The notes under the pieces are model-generated. The model did no database searches. It was not told where the DNA came from and saw nothing but the letters and a program-made list of their open reading frames with translations. A stretch of DNA of 64,000 bases from an uncultured Victivallaceae bacterium (GTDB lineage Bacteria; Verrucomicrobiota; Lentisphaeria; Victivallales; GWF2-50-93): the NCBI GenBank assembly GCA_964636325.1, contig CAZWRV010000010.1, positions 29,072 to 93,071 of the forward strand. The letters are read 5' to 3'. Of the stretch, positions 9,030 through 18,377 are shown piece by piece. Position 1 is the stretch's first letter; the number at the start of each line of letters is the position of its first letter. The translations under genes were made by a program, and so were the position numbers.

Positions 9030-9425
9030 ATGCCTAAAACCCATGAATTGAACGGCACGGCCACGGCCGAAGTCGACTTCGAGTGCCTGAAGCAGGGCTG
9101 CACAGGGGTGGTCAAATTCAATCTGATTGACGCGGTGGGCGACGATTTCCAGGCCCTCTGCCCTGAATGCCACAGCCCATACCAGTTCGACAAGGCACTG
9201 AAGGAAAAACTGATAAAGCTCTGCGACATGATCGTCGCCATCAGGAAGGCGGAGGACATCCTTGGGGACTGTAATGTCGCGGTGACAGTTCCGGGAAGCA
9301 CCATTAAAATCCCCTACGCCCTGCTGCTCACCAGGCTGAACACAATGGTGACCCTGCAGCTCGGCGAAAGGAAAATAGATTTCCACTTCAGAGTCGAACC
9401 GTCCTCTCCGGAAACATTCAGATAA
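9030..9425 (+). CDS. Hypothetical zinc-ribbon protein
   Basis: 131 aa with Cys pairs C19..C24 and C44xxC47. The stop is 2 nt before the next gene's start. Confidence 0.55.
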   Translation: MPKTHELNGTATAEVDFECLKQGCTGVVKFNLIDAVGDDFQALCPECHSPYQFDKALKEKLIKLCDMIVAIRKAEDILGDCNVAVTVPGSTIKIPYALLLTRLNTMVTLQLGERKIDFHFRVEPSSPETFR

Positions 9426-9427
9426 GT

Positions 9428-10222
9428 ATGTCACGCATACTAAAAGCCGCCGTTGTCCAGCTAAGATCCTCGGCGGATCCAGAGGACAACTTCGGCAGGA
9501 TACTCGAATTTCTGAAAAAAACTTCCAAGGCCGGAGCAAGACTTGTCGTCCTCCCTGAAAACTGCCTCTGCCATGGCCCTCTTGAAAAGATAAGACGACA
9601 GGCCAGGACTTTGAAGCGCTGGCACTCTGAATTCATTTCAAGGCTGGAGCCATATAAATTTGCAAATTGCGCCATTGTCTGGGGTGGATTGCCGGAAAGG
9701 GCCGGCTCAAGGATTTATGATACGGCTGTTGTAAGCGATGAAAATGGGGAAATCCTAGGCTTTTACAGGAAAAAGCACCTTTTTTCATATTTTAACGGGT
9801 GCGACAATATGTCGCTATGTGAATCCGACGTATACAGCCCCGGCTCGAAAGGGTTATGCCTGAAATATTCAGGCTGGCGGATTGGAATTTCAATCTGTTT
9901 CGACCTGCGTTTCCCGAGCCTCTACCTGAACTATGGGCGCCCGGAGATTGCCGTCTGCTGTGCGGCGTTCACAGAAAAGACAGGCAAAGCCCATTGGGAA
10001 ACATTGATACGGGCCCGCGCTATTGAGAATCAATGCTATTTCCTGGCTGCAAACCAGCATGTTCCCGCCATGCTTGACTGTCCTCCCACCTATGGCCACA
10101 GCATAGTTGTCGATCCTTGGGGCGCTGTTCTGGAATGTAAAGAGGCAGGCGAAGGAATCCTCATCCATGCTCTGGGGATGGATCAGCTTGAAAATGTCCG
10201 TAACACCGTAAGAATGGTCTGA
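9428..10222 (+). CDS. Carbon-nitrogen hydrolase family protein (nitrilase/amidase superfamily)
   Basis: AAVVQL...N......L......GA.LVVLPE (catalytic Glu), YRKKHLF (Lys) and GISICFDLRFP (Cys) form the E-K-C triad pattern. Confidence 0.85.
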   Translation: MSRILKAAVVQLRSSADPEDNFGRILEFLKKTSKAGARLVVLPENCLCHGPLEKIRRQARTLKRWHSEFISRLEPYKFANCAIVWGGLPERAGSRIYDTAVVSDENGEILGFYRKKHLFSYFNGCDNMSLCESDVYSPGSKGLCLKYSGWRIGISICFDLRFPSLYLNYGRPEIAVCCAAFTEKTGKAHWETLIRARAIENQCYFLAANQHVPAMLDCPPTYGHSIVVDPWGAVLECKEAGEGILIHALGMDQLENVRNTVRMV

Positions 10223-10350
10223 AATTCAGATTTTCTGACCCGCCCACAGTGAATAGCTTAAAAAAGGCTGTAAAATGTCCATGTGGCTTTTCAGGGCGGG
10301 GAGCCGGAAATCTGAACTGAAATACCTTCCGGGAGAGGGCGGTATTTCAT
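10222..10350 (+). repeat. Rep-A element, copy B
   Basis: AAATTCAGATTTTCTG ... AGCCGGAAATCTGA ... GAAATACCTTCCGGG..GGTATTTCAT. Its first base is the last base of the TGA stop at 10220-10222. Confidence 0.85.
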
Positions 10351-10437
10351 ATAGTATTCATTTCCCACGGAACTTGACGTCTGAATTCCGGCCAGAAAAA
10401 TAATTGAAAATTTTTTCAATTTTCTGCCAGAACCCCC

Positions 10438-10466
10438 TTGAAAGGGGGGGGCGATTTTGGTAGAAT
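10438..10466 (+). promoter_or_regulatory. Sigma70-like promoter for the prepilin-type gene
   Basis: TTGAAA (10438-10443), 17-nt spacer, TAGAAT (10461-10466). AAGGAG RBS at 10509-10514, 6 nt before ATG 10521. The palindrome ATTGAAAATTTTTTCAAT just upstream (about 10403-10420) could be an operator. Confidence 0.5.
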
Positions 10467-10520
10467 GCTCTCCAGAACGCACGGATCACCGTGGAAACAA
10501 TCTAAAATAAGGAGTCAAAG

Positions 10521-11036
10521 ATGAAGAAGACTAATGGTCGCGGGTTCACACTCATTGAGCTCCTGGTCGTGATTGCGATTATCGCAATCCTGGCCGGAAT
10601 GCTTCTCCCTGCTCTGAGTGCCGCTCGTGAAAAGGCGCGCAGAATCAATTGTACGAACAACCTGAAGCAGATCGGCCTCGCCATCCGCATGTATTCGCAG
10701 GAATACGGCGAAAGGTTCCCGAATGCACCCGGCCGTTCCGGCATGGAAATGCTCCGCGCCGGCGGGTATCTTGAGAACGCCAAGATGTATACCTGCCCGT
10801 CCACAGTCGACACCATCACAGACGGCACGAACCTCCAGGTTTCTTCCGTGTCCTACATGTATGCTGCCGGCATGAACGAGTCGACATCGGTTGACAGCGC
10901 CGTCTCCAGGGACAACAACACGAACCATACCAAGTATGGCAACGTGCTCTTCGTCGACGGCCACGCCTCCGGCTACGCCGGCGCCAACTGGACCAACTCG
11001 GCCACATACCTCGGCTCATCTCTCTTCACATGGTAA
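10521..11036 (+). CDS. Prepilin-type N-terminal cleavage/methylation domain protein with H-X9-DG motif (DUF1559-like)
   Basis: [25 protein letters not shown] is the class III signal/methylation motif. The C-terminal [12 protein letters not shown] fits H-X9-DG exactly. This family is expanded in PVC bacteria. Confidence 0.9.
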   Translation: MKKTNGRGFTLIELLVVIAIIAILAGMLLPALSAAREKARRINCTNNLKQIGLAIRMYSQEYGERFPNAPGRSGMEMLRAGGYLENAKMYTCPSTVDTITDGTNLQVSSVSYMYAAGMNESTSVDSAVSRDNNTNHTKYGNVLFVDGHASGYAGANWTNSATYLGSSLFTW

Positions 11037-11062
11037 TCTGAAGAGCGTTTGAACCCGCAGAA

Positions 11063-11091
11063 AGAGGGAAGAAATTCCCTCTTTTTTTTTG
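11063..11091 (+). terminator. Rho-independent terminator
   Basis: AGAGGGAA (11063-11070), GAAA loop, TTCCCTCT (11075-11082), then a T9 run. Confidence 0.7.
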
Positions 11092-11100
11092 TCTTTCCAG

Positions 11101-11226
11101 GATTCAGATTTCCTGGAGCGCCACCATGAAATGGTTTAAAGCGATGGGAAATGCACTTGTGGCTTTTCAGCGTTGGGCGCCGGAAATCTGAAACTGAAAT
11201 ACCTCCCCGGAGTCGGTATTTCACCG
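11101..11226 (+). repeat. Rep-A element, copy C
   Basis: GATTCAGATTTCCTGG ... GCCGGAAATCTGA ... GAAATACCTCCCCGG..GGTATTTCACC. Confidence 0.85.
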
Positions 11227-11322
11227 CATCCTTATTTTCACGGATCGGTGTATCTGTTATTGGAAAAAAACACTTTGCGCACAATCTTATAGAAAAATTC
11301 TGTGTTAGTTCTGCGGGGTGTC

Positions 11323-12522
11323 ATGAAAAATAAGTTCGACTTCATGGTGGCCGGGCATCTTTGCCTTGATCTTATTCCTGAATTCTTCGATTCGGGCTCG
11401 CGGCAGCTCGGTGAAATCCTTCATCCTGGAAAGCTTGTCAACGTCGGCAAGTGTTCCATGGGCACCGGCGGAGCCGTCTCAAACACCGGGATCGCGCTGA
11501 AGAAGCTGGGCGGAAACGTCTGCTACTGCGCCCGCGTCGGCGACGACGAATTCGGCCAGATAATAATGCAGATTCTCAGGGAATACGGCAGTTCCGCCGG
11601 CATTTCCATCTCAAAAGGTTCGGCAAGTTCCTATTCGATCGTCATAGCCGCTCCGGGCATAGACAGGGTCTTCCTCCACAATCCCGGCGCTAACGACGAG
11701 TTCAGCTCGTCCGACATAGATTTCTCGCTGGTCTCCAAATGCAAGTTCTTCCATTTTGGTTACCCAACCCTTATGAGGAGAACCATGCAGAACGAGGGGC
11801 GGGAACTGGTGAGAATCTTCAAGTCTGCGAAATCCGCGGGCGCAATCACCTCGTGCGACATGACCTTGCCCGATCCGGACTCCCCTTCGGGAAAGCAGCC
11901 CTGGCGGAAAATTCTTGGAAAACTGCTGCCGCATGTCGATATCTTCTTCCCGTCCGTGGAAGAGGTGTTTTTCATGCTTGAACCCAAGAAATTCATCGAT
12001 ATGAAAAGGAAGCACAAGGGCGCGGAACTGATACACCTGCTCAAGCCTGAGGAATATTCCGAACTTTCCAGCTCGCTGCTTTCCATGGGTGCAGCCATGA
12101 CCTCTTTGAAATGCGGTTCAAGAGGCTGGTATTTCAGGACAGGGGCAGGAGCGAGGATTTCCGCATTGGAAAAGCACTCGGGTCTGGATCTCCCTAGCTG
12201 GTCCGGCCGGGAGCTTTGGTGTCCGGCGCTCCTGCCGAAGAAAATCGCCAGCGCGACCGGGGCCGGCGACTGTTCCATCGCCGGATTCCTGAAGGCGATG
12301 AGCTGCGGACTTCCGCTGGAGAAATGCCTGAGGGTAGCAACATGCCTCGGCTGGCAGAACCTTCAGTCCTTCGACGCGGTAAGCGGCGTCCGCACCTGGG
12401 CCGAGACCCTATCCCTAGTCAAGAAAAGAATTCCAGCCATAGACGTGAAGATAGAGGCGAAATCATGGTCGCAGGACAAGGAAACAGGACTCTTCTTCGG
12501 CCCGAATGACAGCAACCGCTGA
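11323..12522 (+). CDS. PfkB-family carbohydrate kinase
   Basis: The GG..N....L..LG N-terminal motif (GTGGAVSNTGIALKKLGG) and the C-terminal TGAGD anion-hole motif (ATGAGDCSIAGF) are present. ATG 11323 is preferred over the GTG at 11302. Confidence 0.85.
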   Translation: MKNKFDFMVAGHLCLDLIPEFFDSGSRQLGEILHPGKLVNVGKCSMGTGGAVSNTGIALKKLGGNVCYCARVGDDEFGQIIMQILREYGSSAGISISKGSASSYSIVIAAPGIDRVFLHNPGANDEFSSSDIDFSLVSKCKFFHFGYPTLMRRTMQNEGRELVRIFKSAKSAGAITSCDMTLPDPDSPSGKQPWRKILGKLLPHVDIFFPSVEEVFFMLEPKKFIDMKRKHKGAELIHLLKPEEYSELSSSLLSMGAAMTSLKCGSRGWYFRTGAGARISALEKHSGLDLPSWSGRELWCPALLPKKIASATGAGDCSIAGFLKAMSCGLPLEKCLRVATCLGWQNLQSFDAVSGVRTWAETLSLVKKRIPAIDVKIEAKSWSQDKETGLFFGPNDSNR

Positions 12523-12577
12523 TCCGGTGTCTTTCACCGTTCGAGCGGCATTATTGCCGCAGCATGAGATTTAAAAT

Positions 12578-12706
12578 GGTGTCGGGTGTCAGTGTTCAGG
12601 TGTCAGCAAGAAGAAAACACATGTATAGTCTGAATTCGTGATTTTGAAATTGCTTCGAGTAAATATCCTATTTTTTTCTGACACCTGACACCCGAAACCT
12701 GATACC
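12578..12706. repeat. Rep-D element, copy 1 (GGTGTCAG-type long inverted repeat with AT-rich loop)
   Basis: Left arm GGTGTCGGGTGTCAGTGTTCAGGTGTCAG, right arm CTGACACCTGACACCCGAAACCTGATACC. Ends 50 nt upstream of ATG 12756. Second copy at 47558-47653. Confidence 0.8.
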
Positions 12707-12755
12707 GATGCTTTGAAATAAGACCATTAATTCACCTCAGATATTAAGGAGATCA

Positions 12756-13886
12756 ATGAGCTCAAAGGAAATTATTCCCTGCAGGCCAAAGTGGAAAGGC
12801 ACGATGACCGACCGCGAACGCTACAACCGCCAGATGCACTACAAGGCGGTCGACCGCTGCTTCAACCGCGAATTCGGCTACTGGCAGGAGAACTACTCCG
12901 AGTGGAAGGCCTTTGTCGAAAACGGCATTACCAGTGAATGGGAGGCCAATATATTCTTCAACTTTGACAAGGACTGCTCCGTTGGATTCCCATGGCTTCT
13001 CCCAGCCTTCGAACGGAAAGTGATCTCCGAGACCGAGAACTCGCAGACCATCGTGGACTACAACGGCCTCATCTGCGAAATCCCCAAGGACGGACACAGC
13101 ACAATCCCGCACTACATCGGCTCGTCCATACAGACGCCGGACGATTGGAAGAAGGTCAAGAAGGAACACCTTAATCCCGCCAATCCCAAAAGGAATACGG
13201 ACGTCGCCGCGCTCAAGAAACAGCATCCCGACGACCGCGACTACCCGTTGGGCGTCTGGTGCGGCTCCATGATCGGCCAGGTAAGGGATCTTCTCACCGT
13301 CGAAGGTCTCGCCTACGCCATCTACGACTATCCGGACATGGTCGAGGACATGATCGAAAACCAGTGCGTCCTGGCCGAGAACTACCTCGACGAAGTCCTT
13401 CCTCACTTCAAGTTCGACTACGCCGCCGGCTGGGAGGACATCTGCTTCAAGAACGGCCCCCTCGTGTCCGTCGAGTTCTTCAAGGAGAAGGTCGCGCCCC
13501 GCTACAAGCGCATAAACAGCAAGCTCAAGAAATACGGCATCGACATCTGGTGGATAGACTGCGACGGGGATGTGCGGCCGATCATGCCGACCTTCCTCGA
13601 ATGCGGCATCAACTGCCTATTTCCGTTCGAGGTTCTATGCTGCTGCCACCCCGGCGAACTCATGAAGGAATACGGCAAGGATCTGAGGATCATGGGGGGA
13701 GTCGACAAGACTCAGCTCGCGAAAGGCCCCAAGGCCATCACAGAATACCTCAAATCCCTCGAGCCCTGGGTCGAGCGCGGCGGCTTCATCCCCTTCTGCG
13801 ACCACAGGTGCCCGCCCGACGTCAGCTGGGAGAACTACATCTTCTACCTCGACCTCAAGGAGAAGATGTTCGGCATGAAGGCATGA
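12756..13886 (+). CDS. Uroporphyrinogen decarboxylase (URO-D) family protein, non-haem context
   Basis: 376 aa. The C-terminal half (IWWIDCDGDVRPIMPTFLECGINCLFPFE ... GGFIPFCDH) matches the URO-D / MtaA-like TIM-barrel pattern. Confidence 0.75.
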   Translation: MSSKEIIPCRPKWKGTMTDRERYNRQMHYKAVDRCFNREFGYWQENYSEWKAFVENGITSEWEANIFFNFDKDCSVGFPWLLPAFERKVISETENSQTIVDYNGLICEIPKDGHSTIPHYIGSSIQTPDDWKKVKKEHLNPANPKRNTDVAALKKQHPDDRDYPLGVWCGSMIGQVRDLLTVEGLAYAIYDYPDMVEDMIENQCVLAENYLDEVLPHFKFDYAAGWEDICFKNGPLVSVEFFKEKVAPRYKRINSKLKKYGIDIWWIDCDGDVRPIMPTFLECGINCLFPFEVLCCCHPGELMKEYGKDLRIMGGVDKTQLAKGPKAITEYLKSLEPWVERGGFIPFCDHRCPPDVSWENYIFYLDLKEKMFGMKA

Positions 13887-14380
13887 CGGCCGCCGACGGA
13901 AATGGCATGGACTCTCCCAGCTCCGGAGCGCTGGAATACAAGTCCGTCAGGAAATCCGGCTGCATGATCGCCTTTCTGATCTGCATGTCCGCCGCATCCC
14001 TGATACTGGGAGCGACCTTCTTCACCATCGGGCTTGTTTTCCCAGGAGTTTCCGGCTCCTTATCGTTAGGATTTTGCGTAAAACTGTTTCTTGCGTCATT
14101 GCTGATCGTTTCGGCGTTCGGCCTACTTACCATGCGCCGCTGGGGACGCAGGCTTGCCATTGCTGCGGCAGCCGGACAACTCGTCATGTGCATCGTCCAT
14201 ATCCTCTATTCGATCCATCAAATCGCTGCGGTTAGGGATTCCTTTTTCGAGATTCTCGGGAAAACCGGATTCTATGCCGTGTCCGCCTTAAGCATTTTCA
14301 TTGTCGCGCTGGGGCTTGTCTATCCGGCCATCCTGTTGATCCTGCTGGGAAAGAGTGAAGCAAAAACGTTTTTTAAGTGA
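13883..14380 (+). CDS. Small polytopic membrane protein, hypothetical
   Basis: ATG 13883 overlaps the preceding TGA (ATGA). About 4 hydrophobic helices. The upstream part of the track ORF 13259-14380 is an out-of-frame overlap with the URO-D gene. Confidence 0.6.
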   Translation: MTAADGNGMDSPSSGALEYKSVRKSGCMIAFLICMSAASLILGATFFTIGLVFPGVSGSLSLGFCVKLFLASLLIVSAFGLLTMRRWGRRLAIAAAAGQLVMCIVHILYSIHQIAAVRDSFFEILGKTGFYAVSALSIFIVALGLVYPAILLILLGKSEAKTFFK

Positions 14381-14407
14381 TATGATCAATAATGGAAGGG
14401 CTTGAAA

Positions 14408-16849
14408 ATGAAAACGTTCCATATTTTGCTCGCCGAGAACAGGAATCCTTTTTTCCGCGTAGCAATCCGCCCGAACGCCGCACCGGCCGAGGAGTTCGCA
14501 GCCGAAGAACTGAGACGCCATCTTCTGGACATGGCCGGCGTCGGACCGCAGCTGCGGAACCGCGAGAAGAGTCGCAGCACCTCAGACGTCAGCAGAATAT
14601 TCGTCAATGACGCTACCGCGGCCGAGGCGACGGGCATCGACGTCGCCGGCTTGAAGCTGGCTCCGGAAGCATACCATCTGCGCACATGCGGGAAGGACGT
14701 CCACATCCTCGGCGGAGGGCCGCGGGGAGTTCTGTATGGCGCCTATGATCTCCTTGAAACGCTCGGCTGCCGCTGGTTCACGCCTGAGATATCGAGGATC
14801 CCCCGTCCCGGCCGAATCGAACTGCCGCCGCTCCGCCGCACGGAGAAACCGTGCTTCGAGTTCCGCGACATGTTCGCATGGGAATGCTCCGATCCTCTTT
14901 GGTGGGCCCGCAATCGCATGAACGGCTGGTATACCCCGGTTCCGGAATACATGGGCGGACACGTCAACTATGGCCTTTTCGTCCACACGTTCGACAGGCT
15001 CGTTCCGCCGGAAGAGTTCTTCGATTCGCATCCGGAATATTTCAGCGAGGTCGAAGGTGTGCGCCGCCGGAATGGAAGCCAGCTCTGCCTGAGCAATCCG
15101 GAAGTGCTGCGAATTCTCACCGACCGCCTCCTCAAGCGCATGCGCGAGAATCCCCGCGACCGGATCTGGTCGGTCTCCCAGAACGACTGGACCGGTTACT
15201 GTGAATGCCCGAAGTGCAAGGCCGTCGCTGACGAAGAGGGTTCCCAGGCAGGTCCGATTCTGCGCTTCGTCAACGCCGTGGCAACGGAAACCGTCAAGGA
15301 ATTTCCCGAAAACCTCATAGACACCCTCGCCTACTGGTACAGCCTGGACGCTCCCCGCAAGGCCGTCCCGCACCCGAATGTCCGAGTCCGGCTCTGCTCG
15401 ATCAGATGCTGTCAGGTGCACGGCTACGGAACTTGCGACCATAAGGAGAGCGCTCGCTTCATGAAGGCGCTCAAAGGCTGGTCCCGCATCACGAAGCAGA
15501 TGTATATCTGGCACTATGCCACCAACTTCGCCAATTATCCTCTGCCGATGCCGGACTACGACGAACTCCACGCGAACATCAACCTCTACAGGAAGAAAGG
15601 CGTCTACGGAGTATTCATACAGGGAATGGGCGAGGAGGGCGGCGGCGCCGAAACCATGGCCCTTCGCGGCTATGTCGTCAGCCGTCTCCTCTGGAACCCC
15701 GACCGTCCCGTCTGGCCGATCATAGACGAATTTCTACCCGCATACTACGGCAGAGCCGCCAATTCAGTGCGCGGCTACCTTGACGCTTTTCATACCCGCC
15801 TACGGAAGGACAATTCGTTGCATTACACCCTTTACGACCCGCCGACGCATCCGCTATTCGACGAATCAACCCTTCGCAAGGCCGAGAGCTCCCTTATGAA
15901 AGGCGAGAAGCTCGTGAAGGACAAGGAACGCCTCCGCGTCCGGCTCCTGCTCCACGGCATAAGCTACGCCAGATTGGGCCGCGTCAGCGGAAGATTCTCG
16001 ATCCGGAACGGCAAGTACCACGGAGGCGCGACGCAAAAGGACCGCGCCCTCCTTGAATCCATGATCGAAGACTGGCGCACAGCCGGAATCCAGCGGATCC
16101 GCGAAGGAGCGGCTTTCGACACTACGGCAGGGATTCTACGCAACCGCATCGGAATTCATAAGGTGGAATGGCTCTCCGGCGGCGATAATTCAATCGCAGT
16201 CGTCCCGGCATTGGGCGGACGGATCATAGAATGGAACGCCCACGGCCGTCAATGGATATCACCCGCCGATCCCGATAACGCATGGAACCCATACCCCATG
16301 AACGAAGGATTCCTGGACTACGTCATACAAGGCCAGTATGGCTTCCACGGATGGTCCGAAGAGTTCAAATGCGAAAGACGCGGAAATACCATTATCCTTC
16401 GCGCTGAAATTCTAGGCTCCCTCGAGCTTCTCCGGAAGCTCTCCTTCCAAAACTGCGAACTTCGCGTAAATACGCAGCTTACAAACCGTGGAACTGCGCC
16501 GGCCTCCTGCTCGCTTGGACCGAGCCTCCACCTTTTCGTCCCTGGAGATTTCATTCTCAGCTTCAAGACGGAGGAAAGTTCGCAGTCTCTTGACGGGAAA
16601 AAGATGCCCGACGGATTTGCCAACCCAATCATCCTCGAAGGAGACAAGCTTCCTCTCGGATCCTGGCAGGTCGAGACCGATGGATTCATCGTCAGACACG
16701 GTTTCACAGGCCGGATCGAACGCGCGATCCCCGGCCGCATCAAGGACAAGGGAATTGTCGCACTGGATCTCCGCACTCCTTCTACCGATATCGGACCGAA
16801 TGCTTCACTCAATTTTGAGCAAAATATTACAATCGAGTCCAAAAGGTGA
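14408..16849 (+). CDS. DUF4838 domain protein (glycoside-hydrolase-like)
   Basis: The N-terminal GVLYGAYDLLETLGCRWF, the CECPKC Cys cluster and the overall length fit DUF4838. ATG 14408 is preferred; TTG 14402 is the alternative. Confidence 0.8.
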   Translation: MKTFHILLAENRNPFFRVAIRPNAAPAEEFAAEELRRHLLDMAGVGPQLRNREKSRSTSDVSRIFVNDATAAEATGIDVAGLKLAPEAYHLRTCGKDVHILGGGPRGVLYGAYDLLETLGCRWFTPEISRIPRPGRIELPPLRRTEKPCFEFRDMFAWECSDPLWWARNRMNGWYTPVPEYMGGHVNYGLFVHTFDRLVPPEEFFDSHPEYFSEVEGVRRRNGSQLCLSNPEVLRILTDRLLKRMRENPRDRIWSVSQNDWTGYCECPKCKAVADEEGSQAGPILRFVNAVATETVKEFPENLIDTLAYWYSLDAPRKAVPHPNVRVRLCSIRCCQVHGYGTCDHKESARFMKALKGWSRITKQMYIWHYATNFANYPLPMPDYDELHANINLYRKKGVYGVFIQGMGEEGGGAETMALRGYVVSRLLWNPDRPVWPIIDEFLPAYYGRAANSVRGYLDAFHTRLRKDNSLHYTLYDPPTHPLFDESTLRKAESSLMKGEKLVKDKERLRVRLLLHGISYARLGRVSGRFSIRNGKYHGGATQKDRALLESMIEDWRTAGIQRIREGAAFDTTAGILRNRIGIHKVEWLSGGDNSIAVVPALGGRIIEWNAHGRQWISPADPDNAWNPYPMNEGFLDYVIQGQYGFHGWSEEFKCERRGNTIILRAEILGSLELLRKLSFQNCELRVNTQLTNRGTAPASCSLGPSLHLFVPGDFILSFKTEESSQSLDGKKMPDGFANPIILEGDKLPLGSWQVETDGFIVRHGFTGRIERAIPGRIKDKGIVALDLRTPSTDIGPNASLNFEQNITIESKR

Positions 16850-16853
16850 CGCA

Positions 16854-17651
16854 ATGACCTACGAAGAACATCTGAACTTCCTCAGCCAGTTCACCGCACT
16901 TCAATTCCATTTCCTATGGAGATGGATGCGCCTCCATCCGGACGAGGATTTCCGCATGGCGCTCAGAAATAGGATCGACCTTTGCCGGAAGACCGATCCC
17001 GCCCCGAAGCACTATGACATCGCCTCCCTGGACTTCACTCGCAAGGAATGGATCGACCTAGAAAATGAAATTGCTGCTTTATACGCTGACAGAAAGAGCC
17101 GCGAATCGGCGTCAGAATTCGAGGATAAGGCCATGTCCAAGGCGGCTCCAGCAATTGCGAAATTCGCAAAGCTTACCTATGGCAGCACCGCGAAATTCGC
17201 AGAATACCAGTGCGGAAGCCTGAAATACGATCTCCCGAACAAGAATACTCCGCCGCGGGCGGCCACATTCCACATCGGCAACGCGATCGCCCCGAAAAGC
17301 ATCTTCGAGGACCGTTCCTACCTCGTGGCCTGCTTCAACGACCTGATGGACAAGACGGAAAAGGAGTTCGGGGCGGACACACTGCAGACGGACACCTGGC
17401 TCAACTCGCTCCCCAAATGGCTCGAATATTTTCCCCAGGAATGGCGCGACAACCTGACCCCGGAGAACAAGGACGTGCAGTGGCACTTCGGCTTCTGGGG
17501 CCAGTTCATCTCCGCCAAGGGCGATCTCAACATGAAATATGCCAGCATCCTGCGCGAGACCGGCCAGTTCCCGTTCTGGCCGAGAGGCTCCCGCTGCTCC
17601 TTCAAGGCCATGCGCAGACACCTTGCGAAATTCGCAGCCGGTACCCAATAG
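16854..17651 (+). CDS. Hypothetical protein
   Basis: ATG 16854 lies 5 nt after the stop at 16849. 265 aa, no motif recognised. The upstream part of the track ORF (from 16488) overlaps the DUF4838 gene out of frame. Confidence 0.6.
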   Translation: MTYEEHLNFLSQFTALQFHFLWRWMRLHPDEDFRMALRNRIDLCRKTDPAPKHYDIASLDFTRKEWIDLENEIAALYADRKSRESASEFEDKAMSKAAPAIAKFAKLTYGSTAKFAEYQCGSLKYDLPNKNTPPRAATFHIGNAIAPKSIFEDRSYLVACFNDLMDKTEKEFGADTLQTDTWLNSLPKWLEYFPQEWRDNLTPENKDVQWHFGFWGQFISAKGDLNMKYASILRETGQFPFWPRGSRCSFKAMRRHLAKFAAGTQ

Positions 17652-17891
17652 CCAATTATCAGCAAAACTTTTCTCTCACAAAGGCACGAAGTCACAAAGT
17701 GGTGAATGAATAGTTAGTCATACATATAACCGCTATAAAGCAGAATCAATGATCCATGTGTCCTTCATGTCCAAAGGCGCAAAAAAGGAATATCTGCGGC
17801 GATACCAGGACAGGCTTATGACGTTAAGATAATGGCAAATAAGGCCTTGGTCTATGTCGTTAGCACAATAACAACTTGGGAGAAGTAAGGT

Positions 17892-18212
17892 ATGGGGATC
17901 GTTCCTAGCACAAGAGACATTGCCGAAATGCCTGTTTCGAAGGAGAACTTGAGAGCGCTCTTCGAATATCTCGACCGAACCGCAATGACAGGACATGAGT
18001 GTGACCACTCCTTCTCGTTAACAAAATCATTCTTAAGGGAGAAACAACTGCCCGAAGACACAATTATGCCTTGGCTGAGCAAACATGGTGCGGGATGTGA
18101 TTGCGAAGTCATGTTCAATGTTGCAGGAGACTGGGCTGATGTTGTCGGTTATGCTGCTCCGGACGAAGAGGAGAATGGCCGCTCCCTCTCCCAAGATAAG
18201 AAGCCTTGGTGA
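17892..18212 (+). CDS. DUF2695-like small protein
   Basis: GHECDHSFSLTKSFL ... WLSKHGAGCDCEV matches the C-D-H ... G-x-C-D-C-E signature I associate with DUF2695. Sits in a clearly lower-GC stretch. Confidence 0.55.
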   Translation: MGIVPSTRDIAEMPVSKENLRALFEYLDRTAMTGHECDHSFSLTKSFLREKQLPEDTIMPWLSKHGAGCDCEVMFNVAGDWADVVGYAAPDEEENGRSLSQDKKPW

Positions 18213-18377
18213 AAATTCTGGTAGGAGCTCACAATAAAGCTAGTGTTGCTTCGCATAACATCGGGTTCGCCGGTATTGTTAAAATCCTATGGATGAGAAG
18301 ATTAGAAAACGCAAGGCTGCTTTCATGGCAGTCCCTTTCATAGCGGGCGGATCGGGAAATCTGAATACAGGCTAAGC

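Noticed and set aside
8388-9539. 383-aa minus-strand ORF spanning the YfhO-like gene start, an intergenic region and the zinc-ribbon gene.
   Set aside because: It crosses a divergent intergenic region and overlaps two better-supported genes. It has no recognisable motif.
11151-11333. Considered whether Rep-A encodes a small peptide: M(P/S/H)(M/L)WLF(R/S)(A/V)G(R/S)RKS(D/E).. is readable in copies A, B and C, and the track ORF 11151-11333 starts this way.
   Set aside because: The inverted copy D has a stop after 7 codons in the same frame. The frames diverge right after the conserved nucleotide block. Differences between copies are not biased toward synonymous sites. The conservation is explained at the DNA/RNA level.
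13259-13882. N-terminal 208 codons of track ORF 13259-14380. The same issue applies to the 5' extensions of ORFs 16488-17651, 33750-35051, 45207-46562, 50161-50664 and 27965-28399.
   Set aside because: Each extension overlaps the preceding well-supported gene out of frame or lies inside a repeat element. Internal ATGs placed at or near the upstream stop codon give sensible N-termini (signal peptide, conserved family start).
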